The notes beneath the pieces were generated by a model. The model was given only the letters and a program-made list of their open reading frames with translations, did no database searches and was not told the DNA's origin. A DNA stretch of 64,000 bases from Eledone cirrhosa (Eukaryota): the NCBI GenBank assembly GCA_964016885.1, contig OZ024740.1:394878001-394942000 (forward strand). Direction: 5' to 3'. The position numbers and the translations under genes were made by a program. Of the stretch, positions 60,289 through 64,000 are shown piece by piece. Positions within the stretch are counted from its first letter, which is position 1. Each line of letters starts with the position of its first letter.

Positions 60289-60757
60289 CATATACATACA
60301 CATATACATAAACACATACATACACATAAACATACAGAGACATTAGCCCTGAATTTTTGTATTTACATACATCTTTTCGGCATGCGTATGCATGTGAACA
60401 TATATTTTTATGCATATCTGTGAACGAAGTTACTTACATATATACACACACCTAACTGTATAAACTTTTTGTGTTTTCATTGGTCAATTTGAACTCTGTT
60501 CCCAAACAGACCTGTAATTTTGAATTGTTGTTATTATCAATAAATATATTTCATTATTTCTGAAGACGGCATATATATGTGTTGGTATGTATATTTAATT
60601 TTGATAGTTTGTATAATTTTGTATAATTTTGTACATAGATCTGTTGAATATACATGCCAATTCTAACACATATATATCCTAGAAACGATCGTTAAATAAT
60701 GAACTTTTTTTGTTTAATATAAGGAACTGTTTCATTGTTTTATTCATTATTTTTTTA

Positions 60758-60766
<9 letters not shown>
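59195..60766. mobile_element. Fold-back element with 441-bp arms, 557-bp spacer and ~130-bp tail, in (TA)n
   Basis: 59328-59768 matches the reverse complement of 60326-60766 (one mismatch seen). Confidence 0.9.
60550..60703 (+). ncRNA. Type I hammerhead ribozyme with ~115-nt helix II (mirror copy at 59391-59544, minus strand)
   Basis: TTCATTATTT-CTGAAGA-[long stem]-GAA-ACGATCGT-T-AAATAATGAA; 10-bp perfect helix I. Confidence 0.85.
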
Positions 60767-60831
<65 letters not shown>

Positions 60832-63574
60832 CTTATATATATATATTCTTCACAAAAAGTATAACTTAGCCATTCGATAAATAGAGTTTGATAAAATAAA
60901 CAAAACAGACTGAAATAATTACTGGAATCGATACGGCCGACTCAAACACTATCTAAAGTGGTTCCCAGCATGATGTAGTCTTATGCCTGAAGGTATTAAA
61001 AGAATTATTGTTGAGAATCGGATGGAAAAGGGGGAAGTGAAGAAGGAAATGAATGGGCAACGTAAGATGTTTATGATTTGCCTTGATTCTTTACTGTATC
61101 AGTGTGTACAAGCATATGGTGTTAAGTTGGTGTTAACATATATAATGTATGAAGGGAGCATTAAATTATACTAAATTAGAAATAATGGTTGGGTGGCCTT
61201 ATGGATATCTTAGAGGTTGATATCATTTTTGTTGTAGTTGCTGTTGTTGATGATGAATGATGATGATGATGATTATGACGACGACGACGACGAGGGTGAT
61301 GATGGTTGTAGTTGTGGTGGAGGCGGTGGTAGTGATGGCAGTGATGATTGTGATGTTTACTGTAGTGATAATGGTAAATGTCATTATTGTAGATGCATTT
61401 ATGTTGCTATTTAGACTAGATTAGCTGTATCTGTCCATTTCAAGACTTCAGAAAGGTATAAATATGAGCAGTTTAGCTACTATTTCTAGCCCGTAGAGGT
61501 CCCCCCGTTGGCTTGTGATTTAGCCTTACCTCCGCGCTAATGTAATATACCTAAGGTCGATGGCATTTTAACTGAGTCTAACACGTTTCTAGGGCCACAT
61601 TATCCAATTATCCAGTGTCCTTTTTTGATAGGGAAACTTGACTGCTATCTCTAGTGGTTCAGGATACCCCTTAGAGGCTCCCACGTTAGTTCATTGTTGT
61701 TGTTGTTTAGTTCCATGTCAGCTCTAATTGATCAGATATATGACTCAAAGGTGTTCTAGTTAGGGTCATCCCGCAATTTTATATAATTAGGGGTACATTA
61801 TCCAAATGGTAATCTTTTAATGATGGGTTTGTGTGATTTGAGGGTATTTGGCTGCTATTTCAAGTATGCCGACCGACTATGTAAAATTTGTTCCATTGCG
61901 TCATCTGTTGTTGTAGTTGTTTTGCTGTATAGTTTCAATCCAAACCTGTGAGAGTATACCTTCAATCAAAGATATCCTAGCACCGCCCTGTCATTTATTT
62001 ATACATAAAATAAATAGATCTCGCCATTTGATCGTGTGGTAATCTAAGTGTCTGGATATTCAACAAACATTTGTATTCTTAAATTAATCCGTCAGCAAAT
62101 TCAATATGATGTTGTGTGCGATGAAACTGCTCCTTTGATTAACAAGTACAATATATCTGATGGAGACACACGCACTTTATGTCTCACATATTTTAAGTCT
62201 CTGAGTATTCCACAGATAAGTGTACCCTTAACATAATCTTCAAGCAAGATAAGCTTAATGCAACGTGAGATAAGGCTGGTCCTCACCCAATGAGGGAACC
62301 GCAAAGTGGTCATTCGATCTCGTAGAAACAGCAGCCAAGTCTCCTCCTTCAGATCATACTTTACTTTCTTGAAAAATAAAAAAAGATACCTAAAATATGT
62401 GGACCTAGATGCACTTATAAAGACGAGTGGATTGCAGCTAGGATACAGTTGAGCTTATGTCTGCTCAAGTATGCTTTTGAGTTAAAACAACAAAACAACA
62501 AAGCTACTCTTGTGTATTACAAGTACAGTCCATCCGACAGTTTTCAACGTAATTTCCCTCGGTGACCAGCTCGTCCTTTACCTATGTGCAAGATACGCCG
62601 TATCACATTGTTCCTTTTTAAGGCGGTAAGATATGGTTTGGGTGACTATGCAATGTCTCCGTTGGCTTGTATTTTCGTTTTCGCTGGTTTCTGGTATTGT
62701 TGTTTAGACCCAGGTTAGCCCCGACCCATGGTTTCGTCTGTAAGCATTCCAGTTTTTATTCAAACGTATCATTCCAGCGGAGATTTAGCAGAGTTGTTAA
62801 AACGTCGAATAGAACGCTTTACGGAATCCGTTCCGGCTCTCTGCGCTCTGAGTTTAAATCTCTCCAAAGTGAACTTTGTCTTTCATCCTTTCGAGGTCAA
62901 TGAAAAAGTACTAATCCAGTACTTGGGTCCATTATATCTCTTTCTCGCTTTCTCTCCTTCTTATTCATCTCTTTATCTCACCTTCTGTAGAAAAAATCGG
63001 ATGTGTTCAAACCTGAAGAGGGGATGGGCTCTACCGGGTTTAAAGTGCTTAAGACACGCCGTCTGTCACGACGGTGCCTGTATGACTCCATCAGGAGTCA
63101 ATACATATAATATGTATTGTCCCATCTATTTTCTTTTCTTTCTAAGATGATGGAGTGTGTGAATATGACGTGAGGAAGACTTGGCAGCCATTTTTAAAGA
63201 TTCCTTTGCTGGCTCACTCTTGCTGTCTTCTCTTACGCTACTGTTCTCTTTCTCTAATCTTATCCTTACCTTCCACTCCTCTCTCCCACTACCTTATCCC
63301 CCCCCCCTCTCCTTCTTACACCGTTACTGCCTATTACAAGCCCACTTGAAGTCTGCTCGGCCATCAAGCTGTAGTTTTCGTTTGTTTTTGTTTATTTGTA
63401 TTATTATTTTTGTGTTTATTGCCTTTCGTTTTTGTTTCTGGCTTTTATTGTGGTAGTTGTTGTTGCCTTATCAACAACACACTTACATAGCTGGGATTCC
63501 TTCACTGTAACTCGATCGTACATCCAGTTGAACTGACACATAACCGTGCTGACAGAACACTGAATAGATTCGTT

Positions 63575-64000
63575 GGTGATGGCGGTGGTGGCAGTGTTAT
63601 TGTTGTTGTAGGGGAGGGGGTGACGAGTGATGGGGTGATGGTGATAGTGGCAGTGTTGTTGTTGTTGTTGTAGTGGGGGAGTGATGGTGATGGCGGCGGT
63701 AGTGGCAGTATTGTTGTTGTTGTATGGGGTGACAAGTGATGGGTGATGATGGTGGTGGGCAATGGGTGGTGATAGTGGCGGTGGCGGTGATGGTGGTGGT
63801 GGTTGTGTTGAGCGATGGGTGGTGGGTGGTGGGTGGTGTTGATGGGTGGTGGTGGTGGTGAGCGATGGGTGATGTGTGGTGGTGGTGGTGGTGAGGAATG
63901 ACTGGTGGTGATGGTGGTGGTGAGCAATGGGTGATGGGTGGAGGTGCTGGTGTTGACCGATGGCTGGTGGTGATGGTGGGGGTGAGCAATGGGTGATGGG
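63575..64000. repeat. Degenerate GGT/GAT-rich minisatellite
   Basis: Repeating TGGTGGTGGTGAGC(A/G)ATGGGTGATG-like units running to the window end. Confidence 0.8.

Noticed and set aside
63150-63200. CRE-like TGACGTGA and YY1-like GCCATTTT as a promoter
   Set aside because: Short motifs with no transcript evidence; similar motifs occur in decayed repeats elsewhere (e.g. ~11880).
63502-63989. Pro/His/Thr-rich ORFs
   Set aside because: Translations of the GGT-rich tandem repeat.

Overview
Repeat-saturated, AT-rich eukaryotic intronic/intergenic DNA. The SINE families and extreme (TA)n/(CA)n/(TACA)n density suggest a cephalopod (Octopus-like) genome (inference). No host protein-coding gene could be supported; most track ORFs are microsatellite read-throughs. 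Recognisable elements: a decayed Tc1/mariner (maT-like) transposase, a near full-length Tx1/L1-clade LINE with a candidate TSD, a large Neptune-type Penelope-like element (PLE) with ~1.4-1.5 kb inverted ends, further decayed PLEs, an R4/Dong-type LINE in (CATA)n, an RTE LINE, CRE and CR1/L2-group fragments, many tRNA-derived SINEs and mariner/hAT/piggyBac MITEs. The most striking structure is a set of sequence-unrelated short elements that sit in (TA)n tracts as asymmetric fold-back palindromes. Each carries a type I hammerhead ribozyme (HHR) fold, including core variants (CCGACGA; U3-A8 compensated TTGANAA), a ~115-nt helix II, G-U-rich helices and palindromic helix III loops. They reproduce in miniature the architecture of the large PLE at 40756-45940.
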